NCBI GenBank assembly: GCA_903847405.1
Contig: CAINDP010000063.1
Coordinates: 41,620-105,619, forward strand
Direction: 5' to 3'
Length of the DNA stretch: 64,000 bases
Source: an uncultured Myxococcales bacterium
Lineage (GTDB): Bacteria; Myxococcota_A; UBA9042; DTJE01
The notes under the pieces are model-generated. The model saw nothing but the letters and a program-made list of their open reading frames with translations. It was not told the DNA's origin and made no database searches. Below, piece by piece: positions 20,206 to 28,812 of the stretch (position 1 is its first letter; the number at the start of each line of letters is the position of its first letter). Position numbers and translations under genes: made by a program.

Positions 20206-21135
20206 ATGACCACACGAATCCCACGCGGGCCGGTGCGCATCGTCCCGGCGCTGGTCGCGGCGCTGATCGCGTCCGCGGGCGCCGGGGTGACCGCCGCACC
20301 CGCCCCGGAAACGGCGGTTGTCCCTGCCGAGGATGTCGACATTTCGGCCCGCATCCCGACGAAGGCCGGGGCGCCGCAGTTCTGGCACCTCCTGGCGATC
20401 TACGAACTGCACTTCAACCTGATGTCGGACGCGTACTCGGCGAACGACGTGTATTCCTGGTACATGCTGCAGGCCAAGTTCGACGTGACCCGCCGCGACC
20501 AACTGGGCATCCGGATGGAACTGCTGCAGCGCTTCGTCGCGGACCGGGACGAATCGGGCCTGTTCTTCGGGGACATCCGCTTCACCTACTGGCGCAAGTT
20601 CGCGCTGCCGATCCCGAAGTTCCCGATCCCGGGCGTGGCGTCGATCTACCTGACGGCGCCGTCGTCCCGGGAAAGCCAGGCGCGGTCCTACCTGACGCGG
20701 CCGACGGTCAGCCTGTCCCTGGCGCCGTCCTGGGGACCGCTGACGCTGATCGCCACCGGGATCTACCGGTACTCGTTCGCGAAGTACGCCGAGTCGGCCG
20801 AGGGCGGGACCCCGAACGAGCGCCAGTCCGCCGCCATCCAGGCGCAACTGCTGTACCAGCCGCTGCCCTGGTTCACGCCGTCGTTCCTGTGGCAGTCCTG
20901 GTGGGCCGAGTCCTACCCCTCCCGCGAGAACACGTCCCAGGGCTGGCGTGGTTCGTCGTACTACTTCGAGTTCGCCCTGACGTTCACCGTGCCGATGCCG
21001 GCCCGATCGCCCGGCCTGGACCTGTCGCTGGTGTACTCCCAGGGCGCGGCGATGCTGACGGACGGGCTGTACCGGTTCGCGTTCGCGAAGCGGGACCAGG
21101 CGGAGCTGTACCTGGGGGTGAACCTGTCGTATTGA
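20206..21135 (+). CDS. putative outer membrane beta-barrel protein (309 aa)
   Basis: ATG at 20206 with a GGAGG RBS. Signal peptide RIVPALVAALIASAGAGVTA. Aromatic-rich alternating pattern and C-terminal ...LYLGVNLSY consistent with OMP beta-strands. Starts 24 nt after the metzincin gene. Confidence 0.5.
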   Translation: MTTRIPRGPVRIVPALVAALIASAGAGVTAAPAPETAVVPAEDVDISARIPTKAGAPQFWHLLAIYELHFNLMSDAYSANDVYSWYMLQAKFDVTRRDQLGIRMELLQRFVADRDESGLFFGDIRFTYWRKFALPIPKFPIPGVASIYLTAPSSRESQARSYLTRPTVSLSLAPSWGPLTLIATGIYRYSFAKYAESAEGGTPNERQSAAIQAQLLYQPLPWFTPSFLWQSWWAESYPSRENTSQGWRGSSYYFEFALTFTVPMPARSPGLDLSLVYSQGAAMLTDGLYRFAFAKRDQAELYLGVNLSY

Positions 21136-21144
21136 GGGGGCGTG

Positions 21145-22290
21145 CTACCGGATGCACGCCTCGTGGATCATCGCCGCGTACAGTTTCGCCGCACGGACGA
21201 CCTCGGGGATTTCGACGCTTTCGTGGGCGACGTGGGCCAGTTCCAGGCGACCGGGGCCGCAGAGGATCGGCGAGGAACCGGCCTCCCGGAACAGGGCGGC
21301 GTCGGAGTGGGAACGGAACGCCCCCGGGGCCCAGGGCTCGCCCGTGCGCTCGTAGGCGGACCGCATCGGGGACAGCAGGGGGCTGGCCGGATCCAGCGAG
21401 TACCCGGCGGCATGGAACGACGCCTTGTGATCCAGGCGGATGCGCCGGCTGGTCACCGACTCCCGGGCCAGACCGATGCGGTCCAGGACCTCGGCGGCGG
21501 ACCCCCCGGGCGCCAGGTGTACGTCCAGCAGCGCCTCGCATCGCGTGGGCACCTCGAACTTGTCGCCGCCGCCCCGGATGTTGCGCAGGTTGATGGCGAT
21601 GGCGTCGCCGGCCGGCAGGTTGCCCAGGCGCTCCAGGCTGGCGGCCAGCCACGTCAGCATCGCCTGGATCGCGTTGCGCCCGATTTCGGGCAGAGCCGCG
21701 TGGGCGCCGATCCCCTCGGCCGTCATCAGGCATTCCAGGTACCCGAAGTGGTCCGTGCAGGGCACCAGCCCAGTGGGCTCGCCGATGATCGTCAGCGGCG
21801 GCAGGGGGTTGCGCTGGATGAACGCCATGGCCCCGTCGCCGTACTCCTCCTCGCCGACGACGAACGCCACGATCAGCCCGCGCTTCAGCGGGATGCCCGC
21901 CGTGGAAACCGCCACCAGGGCCTCGGCCATGGCCGCGCACCCGCTCTTCATGTCCGCGGTGCCCAGCCCGAACAGGGTATCCCCGTCGCGCCGCGCGCCG
22001 TGCGCCGTGCTGCCGTCGGGCAGGGGGACCGTGTCCAGGTGGCCCACCCACAGCAGCGCCGCCGGGTCCGGCCCCAGTTGGACGACGACGTTGGCCCGGG
22101 ATCGATCCCCCATGGCCGCGGGCACGGGTTCCAGGCGACACGGGATGCCCGCGCGCCCCAGGGCGTTCGTGAAGACCCAGGTGGCGGCCGCCTCGGCATA
22201 GGACGGGCTGTAGACGTCCACCGCGTCGGTCAGGAGGTGCAGCAGGCGATCCTCGCGGATCCGATCCAGGATGACACCCAGGCCGTCCAT
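21145..22290 (-). CDS. M20-family metallopeptidase (ArgE/DapE/acetylornithine deacetylase-like)
   Basis: ATG at 22290 with a GAGGGAA RBS (MDGLGVILDRI...). M20 metal-binding region HLDTVP ... GTADMKSG ... GEEE. Confidence 0.75.
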   Translation of the reverse strand: MDGLGVILDRIREDRLLHLLTDAVDVYSPSYAEAAATWVFTNALGRAGIPCRLEPVPAAMGDRSRANVVVQLGPDPAALLWVGHLDTVPLPDGSTAHGARRDGDTLFGLGTADMKSGCAAMAEALVAVSTAGIPLKRGLIVAFVVGEEEYGDGAMAFIQRNPLPPLTIIGEPTGLVPCTDHFGYLECLMTAEGIGAHAALPEIGRNAIQAMLTWLAASLERLGNLPAGDAIAINLRNIRGGGDKFEVPTRCEALLDVHLAPGGSAAEVLDRIGLARESVTSRRIRLDHKASFHAAGYSLDPASPLLSPMRSAYERTGEPWAPGAFRSHSDAALFREAGSSPILCGPGRLELAHVAHESVEIPEVVRAAKLYAAMIHEACIR

Positions 22291-22324
22291 TCGTTCCCTC
22301 GCTGTGAAGGGCGCCCGATACGGC

Positions 22325-22987
22325 TCAGGTCTCGCCGGCATCCACCGCGGCGGGCTTCGGCTTCGGGTGGGAGCGGGTCACGCCCAGGTGCCGCTTGGCC
22401 CGCCTCTTGGCGTAGGCCGGGTGCGACGTGAGGTTCTGCTCCAGGTACACGTGGGCGGTTTCGTTGCCGAAGCCCTGCTGCTTGAAGAACGTCACCGCCT
22501 GGTGGTTTTCGGCGTCGGTGTCCACCAGGATCATCCGGGCGCCCTCGTCGATGAACAGGTCCCGCATGCGCGTGACCAGCCGGCTGGCCACCCCGCGACG
22601 GACGACCTCCGGGGCCACCCCCAGCCACAGCAGGTAGCCGTAGGTCCAGGCGCTGCGGCGCTTTTCGATCAGCGTCCCCAGCGCGAACCCGACGACCTCG
22701 TCGTCCATCTCGGCGACCAGGCACGTTTCGCCGTCCGTGGCGAACAGCTCGATCACCTCGTACTCGTCCCAGGTGCGGTGCAGGTTCGGCCACTTTTCGG
22801 CCGTGAACAGCCGCTCGCCCAGGGCGAACACCTTCGGCAGATCCTCCAGGACCATCTCGCGGACGGCGATGGGATTCCCCGAGGACTTCCCGTTGTGATG
22901 ACCGTGAGGGGGATGGGCCTGGGGATCGGGGGAGGAAGGGGACCTTGACGGATCGTCCATGGCTCCTGCCAGTTCGAGCATTTTCAT
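22325..22987 (-). CDS. GNAT-family N-acetyltransferase
   Basis: Acetyl-CoA binding region VAPEVVRRGVASRLV plus a GNAT beta-alpha fold pattern. An alternative start at the second ATG (22960, MDDPS...) is possible. A 23-nt hairpin abuts the first ATG. Confidence 0.65.
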   Translation of the reverse strand: MKMLELAGAMDDPSRSPSSPDPQAHPPHGHHNGKSSGNPIAVREMVLEDLPKVFALGERLFTAEKWPNLHRTWDEYEVIELFATDGETCLVAEMDDEVVGFALGTLIEKRRSAWTYGYLLWLGVAPEVVRRGVASRLVTRMRDLFIDEGARMILVDTDAENHQAVTFFKQQGFGNETAHVYLEQNLTSHPAYAKRRAKRHLGVTRSHPKPKPAAVDAGET

Positions 22988-23017
22988 CCGGAACGACCAG
23001 ACCGTTCCGGGACCATT

Positions 23018-23902
23018 CTAGTCACGGTCCGGCAGGTCCGCCAGTTCCGGCAGGGGCGCGGCGGGGGGGGCCTTCCCCGGGGACCGGCCTTTTTCGCGGG
23101 GTATCGGGCCGGCCTTCGCGATCGCGTCGTTGATCACCAGGCTGGCCAGGCACATGCCGAAGGTCGCCGTGATGTGGACCATCGAACCGTTGATGAAGGC
23201 CTTCTGGCTGCACCACTCGTGGGCCTCTTCCTTTTCGCCCGAGTCGGATACGACGAACCTCGGGCAGTGGCAGTTCCCGGTCCCGCAGGCCACCGCGGGC
23301 CCCTGGTTTTCCCGCAGTTCGTCGCTGTACACGACCTGGAAATCGCCCGTGAAGCCGTGGTGGCGCAGGCGCTTCCGGACGCGGCTGGCCAGGGGGCAGC
23401 CGCTGGATTTCCAGATCGACGCGACACGCACCCGGGTGGGGTCCAGTTTGCCCGACGCGCCCATCGTGGAATACAGCGTCGTGTCCAGGTCCAGCGCCTG
23501 CAGGATCAGGCCCAGCTTGGCGCTGAGGGAGTCGATGGCGTCCAGGACGTAGTCGAAAGTTTCCAGCGCGAAGGCGTCCCGGGTTTCGAGGCCGTAGATT
23601 TCGTGCCGGGCCACGATGTCGGCGTCCGGGTTGATGGTGCGCAGGCGGGCGGCCAGTTCGTCCACCTTGACCCGTCCCACGTTCGCGGTCGTCGCCTGCA
23701 GTTGGCGATTGACGTTGGTGATGCAGACGCAGTCCGAATCGACCAGGGTCAGGTGGCCGACGCCGCTGCGGATCAGCCCCTCGGCGGTCCAGGAACCCAC
23801 GCCGCCGATCCCGAACAGGATCACGCGGGTGGAACCCAGGCGGGCCATGGCAGCCGGCCCCACCAGCAGTTCGGAACGGTGGAACAGCGCGGCGCGGCTC
23901 AT
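23018..23902 (-). CDS. tcdA: tRNA threonylcarbamoyladenosine dehydratase (ThiF/MoeB-type E1-like, TcdA/CsdL family)
   Basis: ATG at 23902 with RBS GGGAGGAATGGAG. Rossmann motif ILFGIGGVGSW, then LTLVDSDCVCITNVNRQ. The 346-aa ORF call includes a non-coding-like leader. Confidence 0.75.
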   Translation of the reverse strand: MSRAALFHRSELLVGPAAMARLGSTRVILFGIGGVGSWTAEGLIRSGVGHLTLVDSDCVCITNVNRQLQATTANVGRVKVDELAARLRTINPDADIVARHEIYGLETRDAFALETFDYVLDAIDSLSAKLGLILQALDLDTTLYSTMGASGKLDPTRVRVASIWKSSGCPLASRVRKRLRHHGFTGDFQVVYSDELRENQGPAVACGTGNCHCPRFVVSDSGEKEEAHEWCSQKAFINGSMVHITATFGMCLASLVINDAIAKAGPIPREKGRSPGKAPPAAPLPELADLPDRD

Positions 23903-24033
23903 GGGGACTCCATTCCTCCCGAACGCGAAGGCGCCGCCCGGGGACCGGGATGATACCGACCTTGCGCCGCCGATGGAAACCGGAGGGAGGGGCGGTGTAT
24001 CCTTGGCGCCTTGATGGGGCGAAGGGGGCTTGC

Positions 24034-25389
24034 ATGCGACGGACGATGACGGCGGCAATCACGGGTCTGGGCCTGGCCCTGCTGGCGGCCTGCGGAACCA
24101 CCAGCGCGGGCGGGGATCCCGGCACGGACGCCGTGGACGCCGTCGAGGCGGCCGAGGTCGTCGAGGCCTCGCTGACGATCGAAGGCCTCCCGGCCACCGC
24201 GCCGGCAACCGTTCCGCTGAACGTGACCGTGCTGGCGAAGGGCACGGACGGTTTCCCCGCCCAGGGCGCCGTCCTGGCCGCCGCCGTCACCCGGGGCGGA
24301 GGCCGCGTTTCCAGCGCCACCGCGACGACCGGCGCCGACGGCCGCGCGACGTTCACCTGGACGCCGGGCCCGGCCCCCGTGCTGCAGCGCCTGGAACTGA
24401 CCTGGAACGACGTCGCCGCGACGGCCTCCCTGGACGCGACGGTCGCGACGCCCGGGGCCCCCACGGCCTTCGGCGACGTCGACGCCTTCCTGTCCGCGAA
24501 CGGCATTTCCGGGTCCACCGAGGATCTGGCGTTCACGCCCGACGGCACGCACCTGGTCCTGGGTGTCCCCGGGGGACTGGTCCAACTGGACAAGGACGGC
24601 AACGGCGCCACGATCGCCCTGACCGGCGACCCGCTGGGTTGGGCCCTGGGGCTGGCCTACGACGCCGACGGCGTGCTGTGGGCGGCCGACGCCAACGGCA
24701 AGGCCCTGCGGCGCATCGATGCCACGGGCAACGTGACGACCATCGCCGACGCCACGGCGGAACCCGCTCTGAAGTACCCGAACGATCTCGCGGTCGGGCC
24801 CGGCGGACTGATCATCCTGGCGGACAGTTGCCTGGGGAAGGTCCTGGTCTACAAACCCGACGGCACCCTGGTGTCGGAAAAGGCGTTCGACCCGGCCACC
24901 GAGGGCGGCGCCAACGGCGTCGCGGTCGATCCGGCAGGGGACGCCCTGTGGGTCACGACGGAAAACACGGCGTTGCTGTGCGCCAACGGGACCGACTTCG
25001 AGGCGGTCAACGGCGGCCTGTACCGCTTTGCCCTGGACGCGGAAGGACACCTGGGCGACCGGACGGACGTGGCGCCCGGACTGGCGAACTTCGTGGACGG
25101 CGCGACCTTCGACGCGGAAGGCAACCTGTACGTGATGGTGGACCGGGCAGCCGACGGCATATTGCTGACCGAAAGCGCACTGCTGGTCCGTCCGGCCGAG
25201 GGCGGCGACCTGCGGCGCTTCCTGGTCACGACCGACAAGGCCATGGCCAACGCGGTTTTCGGGCCGGCCGCCTTCGGGACGCAGACGATGTATCTGGCGC
25301 TGATCGCCATTCCCCTGGCCGTGGCGCCGGAGGCGCGCGGCGTCGTGAAGGTGGACGTGGGGATCGCGGGCGGGGAGTGGGGGCAGTAG
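24034..25389 (+). CDS. secreted lipoprotein with SMP-30/gluconolactonase/LRE-like (or NHL-type) beta-propeller region
   Basis: ATG at 24034 (MRRTMTAAITGLGLALLAAC lipobox). Repeated propeller-like blocks (ALKYPNDLAVGPGG, ANGVAVDPAGDALWV, ATFDAEGNLYV). Confidence 0.55.
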   Translation: MRRTMTAAITGLGLALLAACGTTSAGGDPGTDAVDAVEAAEVVEASLTIEGLPATAPATVPLNVTVLAKGTDGFPAQGAVLAAAVTRGGGRVSSATATTGADGRATFTWTPGPAPVLQRLELTWNDVAATASLDATVATPGAPTAFGDVDAFLSANGISGSTEDLAFTPDGTHLVLGVPGGLVQLDKDGNGATIALTGDPLGWALGLAYDADGVLWAADANGKALRRIDATGNVTTIADATAEPALKYPNDLAVGPGGLIILADSCLGKVLVYKPDGTLVSEKAFDPATEGGANGVAVDPAGDALWVTTENTALLCANGTDFEAVNGGLYRFALDAEGHLGDRTDVAPGLANFVDGATFDAEGNLYVMVDRAADGILLTESALLVRPAEGGDLRRFLVTTDKAMANAVFGPAAFGTQTMYLALIAIPLAVAPEARGVVKVDVGIAGGEWGQ

Positions 25390-25515
25390 CGGGGACGGGG
25401 ACGGGGACGGGGGAAAATGGGGACAGACACCATTTTCCGGGTACGGGTACGGGTACGGGGAAAATGGGGACAGACACCAATTTCCGCAGGAAATGGTGTC
25501 TGTCCCCATTTTCCA
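25390..25515. repeat. composite intergenic repeat: (GGGGAC)x3, palindromic unit U1, (GGGTAC)x3, U2, loop gcag, inverted U3; U2/U3 form a ~26-bp hairpin
   Basis: Read directly from the sequence. U1 is ggaaaatggggacagacaccattttcc at 25412-25438 and is itself GGAAAATGG ... CCATTTTCC self-complementary. U2 lies at 25459-25485 and its inverted copy at 25490-25514. The element sits between a stop (25389) and the RBS of the next gene. Confidence 0.7.
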
Positions 25516-25531
25516 GGAGGGAGACGTGGGA

Positions 25532-26698
25532 ATGTTGTCGGACATCCGGGTGCTGGATCTGTCCCTGCGGCTGCCGGGGCCCTTCTGCACCCTGCTGATG
25601 GCCGATCACGGGGCCGACGTCATCACGGTCATCGATCCGTCGCTGCGGGGGCTGAATCCCTTCGGGGACGAGCCCGGCCTGTCGCCCTACGAACGCTACC
25701 TGAACCGGGGAAAGCGCAGCCTGACGCTGGACCTCAAGGCCGACGCGGGCAGGGCCATCATCCGGCAACTGGCCGCGACCGCCGACGTCGTGATCGAGGG
25801 CTTTCGTCCCGGCGTCGCGGCGCGCCTGGGCGTGGATGCGGCGACGCTGCGCGGCCTGAACCCGCGCCTGGTGTACTGCTCGCTGACCGGGTACGGGCAG
25901 GACGGTCCCCGGGCCGCCGCCGCCGGGCACGACATCAACTTCGCGGCCTGGTCCGGCATCCTGGGGCTGAACGGCGCCGCGGGGGGCGACCCGGTGCCGA
26001 TGCCCGTGCAGGTCGCGGACCTCTTCGGCGGCGCGATGATGGCCGTAACCTCGATCCTGATGGCCCTGCACGCCCGGCAGCGCACCGGGGCGGGGGCGAC
26101 CCTGGACGTGTCGATGACCGACGGCGCCCTGTCGCTGCTGTCGATCCACGCGGCCGAGCGCCTGGCCGGCGGCGCAGAACCGTCCCGGGGCGCGATGCCG
26201 CTGTCGGGCCAGTTCCCCTGCTATGACGTGTACCGGTGCGGCGACGGCGGGCACCTGGCCATCGCGGCCCTGGAACCCGTGTTCTGGGACCGCCTGCTGG
26301 GCGCCCTGGAACGCCCGGACCTGCACCCGGGGCAGTTCGCCACCGGCGAGGAAGGGCAGCGCATCCGCGCCGAATTCCACGCGATTTTCGCGACGCGAAG
26401 CCGCGACGAGTGGATGGCCTTCCTGGGTCCCCGGGACGCCTGCGTGGCGCCCGTCCTGTCCCTGGGCGAGGCCCTGGATCATCCCTTCACCCGGGCCCGC
26501 GGAATGATCGTGGACGTCCCCCTGCCCTCCGGGGACGTCGAGCCCCAACTGGCGACGCCCTTCCAGTGCGACGGCACCCGCCCTGCCCCCGGCGGCCCCG
26601 CGAGGCCCGGCGCGCACGACGATGAAATCCTGTCGTCGCTGGGATTCGACGCCCAGGCCATCGCGCAGTTGCGCCGGGACGGCGTGATCCGGGCCTGA
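25532..26698 (+). CDS. family III CoA-transferase (CaiB/BaiF/alpha-methylacyl-CoA racemase-like)
   Basis: ATG at 25532 with an AGGAGGGAG RBS. N-terminal LSDIRVLDLSLRLPGPFCT and a conserved Asp-containing core typical of CoA_transf_3. Confidence 0.8.
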   Translation: MLSDIRVLDLSLRLPGPFCTLLMADHGADVITVIDPSLRGLNPFGDEPGLSPYERYLNRGKRSLTLDLKADAGRAIIRQLAATADVVIEGFRPGVAARLGVDAATLRGLNPRLVYCSLTGYGQDGPRAAAAGHDINFAAWSGILGLNGAAGGDPVPMPVQVADLFGGAMMAVTSILMALHARQRTGAGATLDVSMTDGALSLLSIHAAERLAGGAEPSRGAMPLSGQFPCYDVYRCGDGGHLAIAALEPVFWDRLLGALERPDLHPGQFATGEEGQRIRAEFHAIFATRSRDEWMAFLGPRDACVAPVLSLGEALDHPFTRARGMIVDVPLPSGDVEPQLATPFQCDGTRPAPGGPARPGAHDDEILSSLGFDAQAIAQLRRDGVIRA

Positions 26699-26820
26699 CG
26701 CCTCCCCCCGCCCGCCGATCCCCCGTCGTCGATTCGACGTCCATCCCCAGCCTCACCGGGCGAAAATGGCAATTGCACCCCCGTTCTGGTACGGTTCCGC
26801 GCCTTTTTCCGGAAGCGACG

Positions 26821-28734
26821 ATGCGGGTGATGCGCGTGCTGACGCCGATGCTGGTGCTGGTGCTGACGATCGCGGGGGCCGGATGCGGCTCCAGCAGCGG
26901 GGCTTCCGACGACATGACCGTCGCGGACACCCCCGACGTGCCGGCGGACGTTCCCGCGGACCTCCCCGGCGACGTTCCGGCATCGGACGCCGACGACATC
27001 GCAGACACCCCGGCCGCCGATGCGGACGTCCTGATCGGGATCGACGACGGCCCGGCCCCGAAGGCCCTGCCCGAGATCCTCGCGACCTCGCTGCAGAACG
27101 TCCTGGAAGAGTACCTCGCGTTCAGCGGCGATCCGGGAGTCAGCGCGGCCCTGCGCCTGGGCGACGGCGGCACCTGGACCGGCGTGGCGGGCGTGATGGA
27201 CACCACCACCAAGGTCGCCATGACCCCGGACGTCGGCTTCCGGGTCGGCAGCAACACCAAGCCCTACATCGTGGCGCTGGTCATGGCGCTGAAGGAGGAA
27301 GGCAAGGTCGACCTGGACGCGCCCCTGACGACCTACCTGCCCGAGTACCCGAACTGGTCCGCCGTGACCGTGCGCATGCTGATGGGGATGCAGAGCGGCA
27401 TCGCCGACTACATGTGGGTTTCCGACTTCATGATCGCCGCGGTGTTCAACCCGGCCAGCCTCGCCGGGCCCGCGGACCTGCTGGCCTACGTGAAGGACAC
27501 CCCGATGACCTTCACGCCCGGCGAAGGCTGCGAGTACTGCAACACGAACTACGTGCTCCTGGGGATGATCGCCGAAAAGACCGGCGGCCAGCCGCCCGAG
27601 GTGGCCCTGAAGGAGCGCTTCTTCGACCGCCTGGGCCTGAAGAGCACGTACCTCGACGTGGCCGGCGACGAAACCGCCACCCTGTCCCACGGCTATGTCG
27701 ACGTCGGGATCGTGGGCCTGCAGTTCGGGCTGGGCGCGGACGCCATCGGCATGATCCCCGCGGAATGGTTCCAGCACGACCTGTACATGGACGCCACCTA
27801 CACGTTCCCGCCGATGTTCAGTTGGACCGCGGGGATGCTGGTCACCACGCCCACCGAAGCCGTGACGTTCCTGCGGGAGATGCTGCGGGGTCGCCTGATT
27901 TCCCCGGCCTCCGTCGTCGAAATGCAGACGACCCACCCGTGCCTGCTGCTGGGCAGCCAGGTGGAATACGGCCTGGGCCTGTCCACCAGCATCACCGGGC
28001 CCTTCACGCGTTCCTGGGGCCATGGCGGCATGAACTTCGGGTACGAGGCCAACACCATCCACTTCCCGGCCGAGGACATCACCCTGTCGCACATGCACAA
28101 CCAGTTGCCCGAGCAGTCCTGGCAGTTCCAGGCGATGTTCATGGACCGCCTGCGGGAAGGCGCCGACGCGGCCGTGTACCCGGCGTGCCTGCTGCCCGAG
28201 GGCTTCTTCGCCGGCACCGGCGATCGCGTCGAACTGCGCGTCCGCGGCGTCATCGACGCCATCGACACGGTCATCGACATCCGCGGCACACTGAACGGCG
28301 CGGACACGCCCCTGTACGGCTTCGGGACGTCCGCCAAGCGGGTCGGCGACGCGGGCGCGGAACGGCTGGAAATCACGTCCACGGCGCCCTCGGTCACGAA
28401 GGGCGTGTCCCAGCGCAAGGTCGTCCTGAGCATCGACGCCGCTCAGTTGGCAGGCAAGGACGGCGCCCTGATCCTGGACACCGCCGGCACCGACGCGATG
28501 CGCATGACCGTCAGCGAACTGGTCATCGACCCGACGGGCGTGGTCCCGACCACCGGCTGCGTGGTCGCGGTCCCGGTCCCCACCGGCAGCGCCAAAATCC
28601 ACCTCTGCGGCGGCACCTCGTTCAACGCCGCGGCGGGCGACCTCCTGAAGATCTTCGCCGACGTCCCGGTCACGACCGACGTCGAGGCGATCGACCTGTA
28701 CCTGGCGGCCGAGGGCCAGACCCGCTGCTTCTGA
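26821..28734 (+). CDS. secreted lipoprotein, beta-lactamase-fold serine hydrolase (class C/esterase-like) with a C-terminal extra domain
   Basis: Lipobox LTIAGAGC. SxxK motif GSNTKPY. The Asp/Pro-rich linker after the signal peptide (DVPADVPADLPGDVP) is typical of exported proteins. Confidence 0.7.
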   Translation: MRVMRVLTPMLVLVLTIAGAGCGSSSGASDDMTVADTPDVPADVPADLPGDVPASDADDIADTPAADADVLIGIDDGPAPKALPEILATSLQNVLEEYLAFSGDPGVSAALRLGDGGTWTGVAGVMDTTTKVAMTPDVGFRVGSNTKPYIVALVMALKEEGKVDLDAPLTTYLPEYPNWSAVTVRMLMGMQSGIADYMWVSDFMIAAVFNPASLAGPADLLAYVKDTPMTFTPGEGCEYCNTNYVLLGMIAEKTGGQPPEVALKERFFDRLGLKSTYLDVAGDETATLSHGYVDVGIVGLQFGLGADAIGMIPAEWFQHDLYMDATYTFPPMFSWTAGMLVTTPTEAVTFLREMLRGRLISPASVVEMQTTHPCLLLGSQVEYGLGLSTSITGPFTRSWGHGGMNFGYEANTIHFPAEDITLSHMHNQLPEQSWQFQAMFMDRLREGADAAVYPACLLPEGFFAGTGDRVELRVRGVIDAIDTVIDIRGTLNGADTPLYGFGTSAKRVGDAGAERLEITSTAPSVTKGVSQRKVVLSIDAAQLAGKDGALILDTAGTDAMRMTVSELVIDPTGVVPTTGCVVAVPVPTGSAKIHLCGGTSFNAAAGDLLKIFADVPVTTDVEAIDLYLAAEGQTRCF

Positions 28735-28812
28735 CGGACGCCGCTCCCCGCCGCTCCCGCATTTGACAGCCCTCCCCGCTTTCGGTAGTCACATACCATC
28801 CAGGAGTCGCCC

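Noticed and set aside
16694-20299. 1201-aa minus-strand ORF antisense to the metzincin gene
   Set aside because: Antisense artefact. Plus strand carries HExxHxxGxxH/SVMDY and a lipoprotein signal.
25390-25460. Possible CRISPR/telomere-like array from GGGGAC and GGGTAC hexamer tandems
   Set aside because: Only three copies each, no spacers and no cas genes. They are part of the composite hairpin element.
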